IMG/VR virus record: IMGVR_UViG_3300010389_003143
Span: 16,059 to 80,058 of that record
DNA length: 64,000 bases
Direction: 5' to 3' (one strand)
Source: a virus
The notes under the pieces are model-generated. The model did not search any database. It worked only from the letters and a program-made list of their open reading frames with translations, and had not been told where the DNA came from. Positions 1 to 8,231 of this stretch are shown here, in pieces; the stretch's first letter is position 1, and every line of letters begins with the position of its first letter. Position numbers and translations under genes: made by a program.

Positions 1-204
1 TTTTGGAATAAAAATATCTTTATCTTTAGAGATTTTAAATGGCAGCTCATTGTCTTTTTGAAAAAGCCATTCTTCACCTGATATTAGGTGAACCAATCGA
101 TCCTCTTTATCCTTATGCCAGTAAAGGTCATCGGCCATAAGATCTTTTGAGAACTTTCTTATAAATAAATTTTTATTTATCTTTTCTTCTTTAAATGGTA
201 GCAT
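1..204 (-). CDS. Phage cupin-like protein, truncated by the window edge (not in ORF track)
   Basis: Manual translation from ATG at 204: MLPFKEEKINKNLFIRKFSKDLMADDLYWHKDKEDRLVHLISGEEWLFQKDNELPFKISKDKDIFIPK...; the WH.D.EDR...G..W..Q.DN.LP pattern is cupin-like; open to position 1. Confidence 0.65.
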   Translation of the reverse strand, partial: MLPFKEEKINKNLFIRKFSKDLMADDLYWHKDKEDRLVHLISGEEWLFQKDNELPFKISKDKDIFIPK

Positions 205-228
205 GCGAAACTCGCACTATTTAGCTCT

Positions 229-402
229 TCAAGACTTTTGAGCTACTTCGGGGTCATCAGAGTCACCTTCACCCTCTAAAAGTTTCATAGCGCCCTCTGA
301 GGCTATCTTCTGCAAAAGGTGATCGATAATATCTGCGTCTTTCTGCAGACCCAAACGATCAAGCTTATCTGATAGTAAAACCAACTCTTTCTTTAAATTC
401 AT
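229..402 (-). CDS. Small 57-aa protein with L..L..KLD..GL.K.AD.ID.LL.K.A leader motif (not in ORF track)
   Basis: Manual translation MNLKKELVLLSDKLDRLGLQKDADIIDHLLQKIASEGAMKLLEGEGDSDDPEVAQKS*; GGAG RBS upstream; abuts the stop of 404..1147. Confidence 0.65.
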   Translation of the reverse strand: MNLKKELVLLSDKLDRLGLQKDADIIDHLLQKIASEGAMKLLEGEGDSDDPEVAQKS

Positions 403-403
403 T

Positions 404-1147
404 TTATTCTCCAGAATTATTTGAACTTTTTTCTATCGCCGTATCTAGCGATTCCCAGTCTATGTAATAATAAGGCGATACCCATATTAAATTATCAATT
501 AATGACATTATACCAAAAGGCGAATCAACACTTATAGCGAATAATATGCCTATAAATTCACCCTTTTCAGAAAATACAGAAGCCCCAGACGACCCCTTCC
601 AAGCAACTGAGTTAAGTATAATCAGCCCTTGCTCAAATCCTGCAATTCTTCCTTCGGATGTTAGTATGCTGTGACCCGCCGGATAGCTTGAGAAAAATAC
701 ATTTAGATCAACAAGATTATCTTCCTTGTAATTTTTCATTTTAAAAGGTACAGGCTTTATTCTCATGAAATCCCTTATCTCTAACACTGAGAAATCTAGA
801 GTCTCATCGGAATAAATAACTTTACCCTCTCTGGTTTCTCCAAATATATTTTCAATAAGATAAAGGTGGCCGTCTTCCATGGTGGTTACGTGAGCTGCAG
901 TAAATACAACAGTTTTATTTTTGTATTTAAATACAGTGCCAGTGCCATGAGCAATGCTGCCTAGGTGAATTTTTACGGTAGCTTCCCTGATCTTTTTTTC
1001 GACGCTGCTGAGCTTTGCCTTTTCGGCTTTATAGCTTACCTTATCCTGGCTCGTAGACTGACTATTGTTCGACGAATTGACTACTGCTAGCATTATAGCG
1101 CAGACAAACAATATTATCAAAATAATCCTTTCAGTCAGGTGAGGCAT
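404..1147 (-). CDS. Membrane-anchored trypsin-like (S1) serine protease
   Basis: N-terminal hydrophobic helix; TAAHV (His), DFSVL (Asp), KGSSGAS (Ser) triad. Confidence 0.85.
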   Translation of the reverse strand: MPHLTERIILIILFVCAIMLAVVNSSNNSQSTSQDKVSYKAEKAKLSSVEKKIREATVKIHLGSIAHGTGTVFKYKNKTVVFTAAHVTTMEDGHLYLIENIFGETREGKVIYSDETLDFSVLEIRDFMRIKPVPFKMKNYKEDNLVDLNVFFSSYPAGHSILTSEGRIAGFEQGLIILNSVAWKGSSGASVFSEKGEFIGILFAISVDSPFGIMSLIDNLIWVSPYYYIDWESLDTAIEKSSNNSGE

Positions 1148-1148
1148 G

Positions 1149-1496
1149 TTACTCAGCTACCTTCATGAACCATGCTGCAAGGCCCATTAAGAACTGAACG
1201 GAGATGAAGACCCCGATTGCTTTGGTCTTAAATGCTTTTAGATCAGATACCGTATCAATAAGCTCTTTTAGCTGAGTGGGTGATGCCACCTCGTCAACTT
1301 TGCCCTTCCACTCCCTTAGTTCATTGACCCTATCTTCTTTGGCCTTAATCTCTGTTATATCAGACTTTAGCCCTTGGATCTGATTGTTTAAATTATCTAT
1401 ACTATCAGACAAAGATTCCAATTCCTTTAGGACAAGCTTGGAATATTCATTCCATCCATTTTGATTTATTCCAGCCATTTTTAAACCCTTTTGCAT
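1149..1496 (-). CDS. Coiled-coil protein with C-terminal transmembrane helix
   Basis: Heptad pattern followed by hydrophobic AIGVFISVQFLMGLAAWF; tightly packed with neighbours. Confidence 0.6.
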   Translation of the reverse strand: MQKGLKMAGINQNGWNEYSKLVLKELESLSDSIDNLNNQIQGLKSDITEIKAKEDRVNELREWKGKVDEVASPTQLKELIDTVSDLKAFKTKAIGVFISVQFLMGLAAWFMKVAE

Positions 1497-1726
1497 CCTC
1501 TTTCGTTAATAATCCCTGCAACTTCGTTTAAAGATGAGCTTATATCTTTCAGCTTATCTCCAAGACTATCTTCAGAAGAAATAAGCTCTTTTAATGCGCT
1601 ATTGGCCTTTTCCACTTTTTCCAAAACAATCCAAAGCGTTTTTGCATTAACTTTTAGCTGAAGATCTCTATCATTTAGCTCATCACATAGTGTTTTAATT
1701 TTATCTATATTTGATTTAGAACGCAT
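1481..1726 (-). CDS. Hypothetical coiled-coil protein
   Basis: 81-aa ORF on the coding strand. Confidence 0.5.
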   Translation of the reverse strand: MRSKSNIDKIKTLCDELNDRDLQLKVNAKTLWIVLEKVEKANSALKELISSEDSLGDKLKDISSSLNEVAGIINERGCKRV

Positions 1727-1792
1727 TTTAATTCCAATTTTATATTTAATATTATTAATGAACTAACATTCTCAATCTTAATTTAAATAAAA

Positions 1793-3343
1793 CTAACATC
1801 CCCAGGTAGAATATGAAATCAATATTTCTGATCCAGAATCAGGAGGGCTGCTAAATATAACAGAATTAGTTGATTCTTCGTAATACCAGTCATTTGAAAG
1901 TATACCGTTTACATAGACAAGTATGGACTCCTCAATTGCAATTGAGGATACCTCAAATCTCCCAGGCAGCACAGACCGCCTGGCGACACGGTCTAGATCT
2001 AGCCCCCAGTTATTTGAGCAGATAGATATAAACGACCCTCCAAGATTCATAACAACATCGTAATAGCCTTCTCCAAAGTTCGCTCGACCGTTTCCGGAAC
2101 AGCCGCTAGGATAATCTCCCGCAACCGCGTGTGCGGCGATAAGATCATTTGAAGTTTTCATGCCAAGCAGGTGGTAGGAAAGCTCAAGGGGAGTAACTAA
2201 GGCTGTAAAGTCAGGCTCATCCGATATAAATATCACAACAAATCTTGCATCTGTTCTAAGGAAAGAGCTTCCAACGCCAGCATCTGCAAAAGGCTGTGTA
2301 GCGTCATAAGCCTGCTGAATGCCCTGCTCTGTAACGCTGCCGCTTGTTCCGATCGAGCTGATTAGGTTCGTAGCATATCGCGTAGGATTAGGAAAGGAGC
2401 TATCAACGTACACCTTTCCGACGAACTCTGGATCATCCGTTGTTATAAAAGCTATTCTGTAATCTGCTCCAGCGGAGGAGAATACGTTTATAAAAGAAGA
2501 AAAGTTATCAATTAGATTGTCTTGGTTAAAGCCCATTGAGCATGAGTTGTCTACAACAAATAGCATATCAACATCAAGAATATGATCTTGATAAAACATC
2601 TCTGTAATAGGAGGCCCTAGCTCGCCATCCCCCTCCTGTTTGGCCATTGCAATTGGGGTAATCGGATCATTAGAATGAAAGCTTATGAATCCAGAATCCT
2701 CAAGAAGATCGGAAGGTATATATCCAAGACTTAATTCGAAAGATTCATTCGGCTCAAGAACGATAGGGAGGCTTCTGATGTGATCCTGAAAATCTTTGAT
2801 ATCAAAGTCGGCAGGAACTGTTGACATAAATTCTATATCTGTTATTTCGAGATTTATATCACCTATATTCTCAACATTTATTATTAAATCATCTTCGCAA
2901 CCAAGCTCTACCGGATCAAAGCTAAATTTATCTGGAGTTATTTTTATTATTGGCGCACTCCCAGCCCCGACCAGATCTACCACAACCTCCGGCTCATCCT
3001 GATCGTTTGATTCGATTATTATTGAGGCACTGTTTGATTCAAAAAATCTTGGCCTGTATCTTGCCAGTATTGTCAGCTCTTCGCCAGGCTCAATGTCGGC
3101 GGAGGATGGTGCTTTAATTAAAAATGTGTTAGAAATATCACTTAAATTTATGCTATTAATATTTAATGTATCATCACCAGTATTCTTTATTAAAATATTA
3201 ACATCAGAGTGTTCATTTACAATAACTTTTCTGAAGTTGTGATCATAAGGATCTACTTCTATCTCCGGATATTTAACATTTCTAATTTCATACTCGCTAC
3301 ACCCTGCAATAACGAGAAACAAAAAATAAATATATTTTAGCAT
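1793..3343 (-). CDS. Lipoprotein with two ASH/Ig-like domains and a vWA (MIDAS) domain, myxobacterial CglB-like type
   Basis: Lipobox LVIAGC; two Ig-like repeats (I.N.G...L.I..I ... SND...P); vWA motif DMLFVVDNSCSM, and ISDEPD. Confidence 0.75.
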   Translation of the reverse strand: MLKYIYFLFLVIAGCSEYEIRNVKYPEIEVDPYDHNFRKVIVNEHSDVNILIKNTGDDTLNINSINLSDISNTFLIKAPSSADIEPGEELTILARYRPRFFESNSASIIIESNDQDEPEVVVDLVGAGSAPIIKITPDKFSFDPVELGCEDDLIINVENIGDINLEITDIEFMSTVPADFDIKDFQDHIRSLPIVLEPNESFELSLGYIPSDLLEDSGFISFHSNDPITPIAMAKQEGDGELGPPITEMFYQDHILDVDMLFVVDNSCSMGFNQDNLIDNFSSFINVFSSAGADYRIAFITTDDPEFVGKVYVDSSFPNPTRYATNLISSIGTSGSVTEQGIQQAYDATQPFADAGVGSSFLRTDARFVVIFISDEPDFTALVTPLELSYHLLGMKTSNDLIAAHAVAGDYPSGCSGNGRANFGEGYYDVVMNLGGSFISICSNNWGLDLDRVARRSVLPGRFEVSSIAIEESILVYVNGILSNDWYYEESTNSVIFSSPPDSGSEILISYSTWGC

Positions 3344-3455
3344 AAGATAATCCTTTTATTTTATTCAAAATTAAACGGCTATCATATATAGCCAAAATAT
3401 TAATTGTTTTAAGTTTAAAACTAATAATAAAGAACTATATAATGGAGAATCCAAA

Positions 3456-3869
3456 ATGGCAGTTACAATTAACAGACTCTTAGGCGACGGCGCGCAATTT
3501 GCGGCAGTTGAGTTTTGCTCAACCGGCGGAGCTGGCGGAGAAACCGGTACAATTATCGACATAGGGACTCTTTCTGGAGCAAACGGCTCTGGCGACGAGA
3601 GAGTGCGCATCAAAAGCATAGAGGCTTTGGTTACAGCTTATTCTCCCGCAGCAGGATATTGCCACCTGGCTTGGGGTGGTTCCGGAGATGTCTTCTGCAC
3701 ACTACCCGTTGGCCATTCTCAGGTTCAAATGCACCTTGAGCCAACCAGCGGGTTCACCGGAAATATAGAGTACGATCTATCCCCAGATGTTTCTGTAACG
3801 CTTAGAATAAAGATGGAGAAGCTTCACGGCTTCCCGGATACAGCCGCTAGATTCTCATCAGGGATTTAA
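3456..3869 (+). CDS. Hypothetical protein, possibly virion-associated
   Basis: GGAG RBS; 137-aa beta-rich ORF converging with 3882..5171. Confidence 0.6.
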   Translation: MAVTINRLLGDGAQFAAVEFCSTGGAGGETGTIIDIGTLSGANGSGDERVRIKSIEALVTAYSPAAGYCHLAWGGSGDVFCTLPVGHSQVQMHLEPTSGFTGNIEYDLSPDVSVTLRIKMEKLHGFPDTAARFSSGI

Positions 3870-3881
3870 TCAAGCGCTTTA

Positions 3882-5171
3882 CTATTGCCTAATTCCACGA
3901 ACCGTTATGTGGTAGTGATCCCCTTCCCATAGGCGGCGGAAATCAGCGTACTGCTCGGCCCTATCTAGCAGCTTATTGAAGTCAGACTTTGATGCTCTAG
4001 ATATATCAATAGATACTCCGCCCCTATGCTCAGAAGCAGGCCAGCTTTCTTCTATTATATACTCTACATCTTTTATCTTTTGATCTCTATCTTTTTCGGC
4101 AGAAGAGAATACCGCGACTATTTCATCGATCCTTGGAAATTTGCGGTAGAGCCTTGAGAGATAGTTGTTTGCCCGGTAACTTCCGATGCCTCTAGACTCG
4201 TAGTTATTGTACATAATTCTTGCCTGATTATAACTCGTCCTGAACGCGCTGCTCAAGAAAAACGCCATTCCAAGCTCTCCTGCAATTTGATCTAAAATAG
4301 ATACAAATCTTTTTACATCGTCAGTGGTCGAATCCAAATCGACGTTCGATCCTATCGTTATGTTGGATAGCTCAGATATATCCCTAGGCCCAATAGGCTT
4401 GGAGCCTTCTTCTCCCTTCCTCTTTGAGGGCGCCATCTTCTTTGCCGGCTTGGTGAAGTCAATTCCGGATAACGCGACATACGTTCTCTTGTCCAGCGTA
4501 CCGGTTGGAGGCAGAGAATTGCTGGTCTGAAAAGACTTTATTGCAGCAATAAGCTCTTCATCAGATGCGGATTTGGACTCGATATGATTATTTAAAATCA
4601 AATAGCCTACCACCATCTTCTTGCTGCCCTTAGAGAGGTCTCCTATATTTACAATGGCATTCGGATCATCGCGAAAGATATCATCTGCATCCATTCTCTT
4701 GTAGACGCCCCTTTGCATTGAATTGCTTATATTTATCAGAAGTTCTTGTACCTCAGGATCATCGCCTAGGCCTGGGCTTGCTTTGTTTATTGCCTTTACG
4801 GCCCTCTCCACATAGGTGCTTTTTCTAAAAGAGCCAAAAATCGGAAGAACGATTAGTGCAACTTTTCTCCATACATCTGGGCCAATCTTAGCCTTGAGTT
4901 TGTCTAGATCAGGATTCGTCGATGCAAATTTGTTAAAAGTTATTATCTTAGATAATCGTCCAAGAGAGCGCTTGTTCGTATCTGAATTAAGGCTGTACCC
5001 CATTTCTTTTAGCCTTTTTTTTACGGCATCCTGGGGTTCTGCGGCTCTCTCCCACCTTCTTCTTTCCTCTGGACTAAGCTCACTGACTGAAGAGAGGCCC
5101 ATGTCTGCCATTAAAGTTCTTAGATATTTTTTTCTTTCGGACATCTTGTGTTCCTTGTTATTTTTTGGCAT
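3882..5171 (-). CDS. Peptidoglycan-binding plus M15-like zinc peptidase (cell-wall hydrolase)
   Basis: PG_binding_1-like AIKSFQTSNSLPPTGTLD; M15-type LSSAFR...SEHRGGVSIDI...DHYHI. Confidence 0.7.
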   Translation of the reverse strand: MPKNNKEHKMSERKKYLRTLMADMGLSSVSELSPEERRRWERAAEPQDAVKKRLKEMGYSLNSDTNKRSLGRLSKIITFNKFASTNPDLDKLKAKIGPDVWRKVALIVLPIFGSFRKSTYVERAVKAINKASPGLGDDPEVQELLINISNSMQRGVYKRMDADDIFRDDPNAIVNIGDLSKGSKKMVVGYLILNNHIESKSASDEELIAAIKSFQTSNSLPPTGTLDKRTYVALSGIDFTKPAKKMAPSKRKGEEGSKPIGPRDISELSNITIGSNVDLDSTTDDVKRFVSILDQIAGELGMAFFLSSAFRTSYNQARIMYNNYESRGIGSYRANNYLSRLYRKFPRIDEIVAVFSSAEKDRDQKIKDVEYIIEESWPASEHRGGVSIDISRASKSDFNKLLDRAEQYADFRRLWEGDHYHITVRGIRQ

Positions 5172-5412
5172 ATTCTTTTTCCAGACTGAGGATTAGAGCG
5201 CCCACCTTTCTTGAGAAATCTTTGAACAAAAAATTATTATCAAATTTATTTTTGTTATTCTCCTTGAGCAATAATTTTACTTCTGATCTCAATTTTAAAA
5301 GCTCTTTATTCTTTTTTCTTTTATCTTTGATTTTGCTTGTTATAGTCAGCCTTCTTTCTAATAAAGAAAATTTATTGGATAAATCTTTTTTTGCCCAATA
5401 ATCGTCGCTCAT
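5158..5412 (-). CDS. Hypothetical basic protein
   Basis: 84-aa Lys-rich ORF overlapping the next gene's start. Confidence 0.5.
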   Translation of the reverse strand: MSDDYWAKKDLSNKFSLLERRLTITSKIKDKRKKNKELLKLRSEVKLLLKENNKNKFDNNFLFKDFSRKVGALILSLEKEYAKK

Positions 5413-5483
5413 AACGGCCGCCTTTGTTTGCTCTTTAAATTTATTTATTAATATATTGTAAAATTATAAAGGGGGTCGCCACT

Positions 5484-5960
5484 GTGCTGCAAGAAAATAC
5501 AATCAGAGACATGCACCAGAAAGTCATACCTTACGAAGATTTTATAAATAAGATTAAAGACCTAAAGAAAGAAGGGTTAGACTTATATATAGGAACAGAC
5601 TCCCAAGTTTTAGGAAAAAAGATATCGGTAGTCACCTGTATTTGCTTGTATAAAAATGGCGTAGCTAAAAGCAAAATATTTTACATAAAAGAAAAGCTCA
5701 GCACTGAAAGATATGCTACACTTAGGTCCAGAATGATCCTTGAGGCTTATAGAAGCCTGGAAGTTGCCCTAGAGATGGATCAGCTTGTCGGCGGAAAGTT
5801 AACAGTGCATCTTGACATCGGATCTGATATAGCTAAAAGTCAGACTGCAAAATTTCAGAATGAATTACAATTTTTATTTAAATCTCAGGGATTCGGCTGC
5901 GAGATTAAGCCGAACAGTTGGGCTAGCAGCTCTATTGCAGATAGATTTACAAAGAGCTAA
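5484..5960 (+). CDS. RNase H-like YkuK (DUF458) family protein
   Basis: YIGTDSQ...RMILEAYRSLEVA...VHLDIG...IKPNSWASSSIADR motif series. Confidence 0.8.
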   Translation: MLQENTIRDMHQKVIPYEDFINKIKDLKKEGLDLYIGTDSQVLGKKISVVTCICLYKNGVAKSKIFYIKEKLSTERYATLRSRMILEAYRSLEVALEMDQLVGGKLTVHLDIGSDIAKSQTAKFQNELQFLFKSQGFGCEIKPNSWASSSIADRFTKS

Positions 5961-6919
5961 ATGCCCGACACTTCTCCAATGGCATCTTCAACAGAGTTAG
6001 CTTCAAGGGCAACTGTAATGCTGTGTATTCTTAGCTTAATGGGCCCGCTTCCGGCTCCACTTATCTGCCTCATAACAAGTTTTATATAATCCTGATTCCC
6101 TGGAGCAAGAGATACGGTATGAGTAGAATCTATATTAAATGTAAAAATCCTAATAGGAGTCCAAGACGGAGGGTCTGGGGATAAATCTTCTATAGTATTT
6201 GTATCTGATCCAATTGAAGAAAAGGATGAAGTTGAGATCCCCAATATTGTTGTAGCTTTTTGAATATCAATTTCGACATCTCCCTCGTAATTTGAAAAAG
6301 AATTAACCTCAACAGCAAGATAGACCTTTGAGATTTTAGAACCGCTTTTAAGCCACGGTGTTATATTTATAAAAAACTCCCATGAATCTAGAGAGTAATC
6401 GCCAACTTCGACTAGAGGCCATTTAGAAAGAGTGTCTGAGTCCGACACCCATGTTGCAGATTGATCAGATTCAGTGAGGTTTGCATCTTGATAAATGTTG
6501 TAAGTTGGTATGGAGGTTACTATATACTTCTCTTCACTGTATATGTAGCTATCTGCAGTTACTGTTGTTCCCGCTGTTATGCTGCCATCCGCAATTATGT
6601 TGCCATCGGCCGTTATGCTTCCAGAGGCAGCTATATCTTCTGCGCTTAAGTCTCCGAGTATTGATATATCGCCGCTTATATCACCGCCGCTAATACCACC
6701 AGATATTGACCCGCTTACCGTTAGGTCTCCGGATACAGTAACATTACCTCCCGTAGAAATCGAAAAGTTTGAAGAATCGATAATAAGTTCGCCGCTTGCG
6801 GAAGATAGCTCTATGTTCCCGCTTGCAGATAGCCTTAGCTTCTTGTCGGACGAGGCAATAAGCTCCGGATTAAGTCCGACAATTATCTGGTGGGATCCAT
6901 AATATCTATCATGAGACAT
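5957..6919 (-). CDS. Virion structural / fibre-like protein
   Basis: 6-residue beta-helix-like repeats (GNVTVSGDLTVSG; ITADGNIIADGSITAG); Ser/Ile-rich C-terminal beta domain. Confidence 0.55.
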   Translation of the reverse strand: MSHDRYYGSHQIIVGLNPELIASSDKKLRLSASGNIELSSASGELIIDSSNFSISTGGNVTVSGDLTVSGSISGGISGGDISGDISILGDLSAEDIAASGSITADGNIIADGSITAGTTVTADSYIYSEEKYIVTSIPTYNIYQDANLTESDQSATWVSDSDTLSKWPLVEVGDYSLDSWEFFINITPWLKSGSKISKVYLAVEVNSFSNYEGDVEIDIQKATTILGISTSSFSSIGSDTNTIEDLSPDPPSWTPIRIFTFNIDSTHTVSLAPGNQDYIKLVMRQISGAGSGPIKLRIHSITVALEANSVEDAIGEVSGI

Positions 6920-7429
6920 CTAGAGGCCTCTCTTCCTTCTTTCCTTCTTTAAAAACTTATTAATCTTTCTTGTGTATATATTTCTCTTAAGCCTAGAAAC
7001 GGTATCTAGAATGGTAACCCCATTAAGGTGGTCGATTTCATGCTGAATTATTCTTGCCGCCAAGCCCTCAAAGCTTTCCTCTCTAGAGGCACCGCTTGCA
7101 TCTCTAAATTCGACAACTAGTGACTCAGGGCGCTTTACTTTAAAGATATTTAGAGGGAAAGACAGACAGCCCTCCTCCATATCAACTTCATCGGAAGAAA
7201 GCTCTTTTATTACGGGGTTAATCATTACAATTTCCTCCCCGTTTGCATCGCCTACAAGAATTCTTTTGTGGAATCCTATCTGAACAGCGGATAGCCCGAC
7301 ACCGCCAAGGTTCCTCATAACTCTGAGCATCAGAGTGCAAAAAGCCTCCATCTCTTCGCCGAATTCGTCTTCCTCGACTATATCAGATACTTTTTTCAGT
7401 GATTTATTTGGTCCTAGAATTAAATTCAT
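6920..7429 (-). CDS. def: Peptide deformylase
   Basis: GVGLSAVQ, EGCLS and QHEIDHLNG motifs. Confidence 0.95.
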   Translation of the reverse strand: MNLILGPNKSLKKVSDIVEEDEFGEEMEAFCTLMLRVMRNLGGVGLSAVQIGFHKRILVGDANGEEIVMINPVIKELSSDEVDMEEGCLSFPLNIFKVKRPESLVVEFRDASGASREESFEGLAARIIQHEIDHLNGVTILDTVSRLKRNIYTRKINKFLKKERRKRGL

Positions 7430-7653
7430 TAGTTTTCTCCGCGTTGTTCTCTAGATTTTACGATTTTTTTGCACGTACTGGAAGCAGTTGTTTGAAATAA
7501 AAATGGAAAAAAAGCATGAACAAAGCATGCTGCGGTTGCCAGCGCTAACGAGCAGGAATAAGCGATAGCCTGCCTCATATGGCCTATATAAGTTTCTCCA
7601 TTTTTACTTGGATGTTCCAAAAATTTTAAAATAATTTTTTTATAAAGCTTCAT
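7429..7653 (-). CDS. DUF6356-like small membrane protein
   Basis: HP...GETY..H...A...AC.VHA.FPFLF..TAS pattern. Confidence 0.7.
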   Translation of the reverse strand: MKLYKKIILKFLEHPSKNGETYIGHMRQAIAYSCSLALATAACFVHAFFPFLFQTTASSTCKKIVKSREQRGEN

Positions 7654-8198
7654 TCTGATAAACCAGTCATGTTAAAAGAAAAACCAAGAGCGATCAGCCT
7701 TCTTTTTGAGAAGTTACTCTTTGTATTTTTCCAATCTTCATAAAGAGATATAATATTATTAGTTATCGAACAATTTTTTACGCCATATAACACATCTGAA
7801 TAATCAGACATATTATTGGCCAACTCCCTATAGGTCGGATTCTGGCTCATCTGGTAGCATAGATCAAATGCTGAGGATCCCACCTCTAGATAGTAATCCC
7901 TGCTCATGACCTTTGACTGAGTTCCAATAAATAGACCCGTCTTTACAAGGCAGGCATCTCCCGCTTTTTTTAACTCTGAAAGCCTGCCGCTATTTGACAT
8001 AAGAAAAGAATTTAGATACACTTCTGCTATATAAAGATTTTTATCGACTATATTCCTGTTTCCATAAAGGGTATCTGAAACTAATTCTGCAAGATACTCT
8101 TCTATGCTGTGCGGTAAGGTAAAGCCTTGGGCGGAAGCTGATCTAACAACTTCTTCTTTTAGTAGCTGCATTAGATTATCTTCTTTAACTTCCTTCAT
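7650..8198 (-). CDS. Conserved hypothetical protein of a bacterial-type family
   Basis: EEYLAELV...LKKAGDACLVKTGLF...DYYLEVGSSAF...YRELA pattern. Confidence 0.6.
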   Translation of the reverse strand: MKEVKEDNLMQLLKEEVVRSASAQGFTLPHSIEEYLAELVSDTLYGNRNIVDKNLYIAEVYLNSFLMSNSGRLSELKKAGDACLVKTGLFIGTQSKVMSRDYYLEVGSSAFDLCYQMSQNPTYRELANNMSDYSDVLYGVKNCSITNNIISLYEDWKNTKSNFSKRRLIALGFSFNMTGLSE

Positions 8199-8203
8199 TT
8201 CTC

Positions 8204-8231
8204 ATTATAGGAAATAATTAATATTTGTCAT
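8204..8231 (-). promoter_or_regulatory. Sigma70-like promoter (ATGACA-N16-TATAAT)
   Basis: Perfect -10 box 5 nt before the ATG at 8198; near-consensus -35. Confidence 0.45.
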
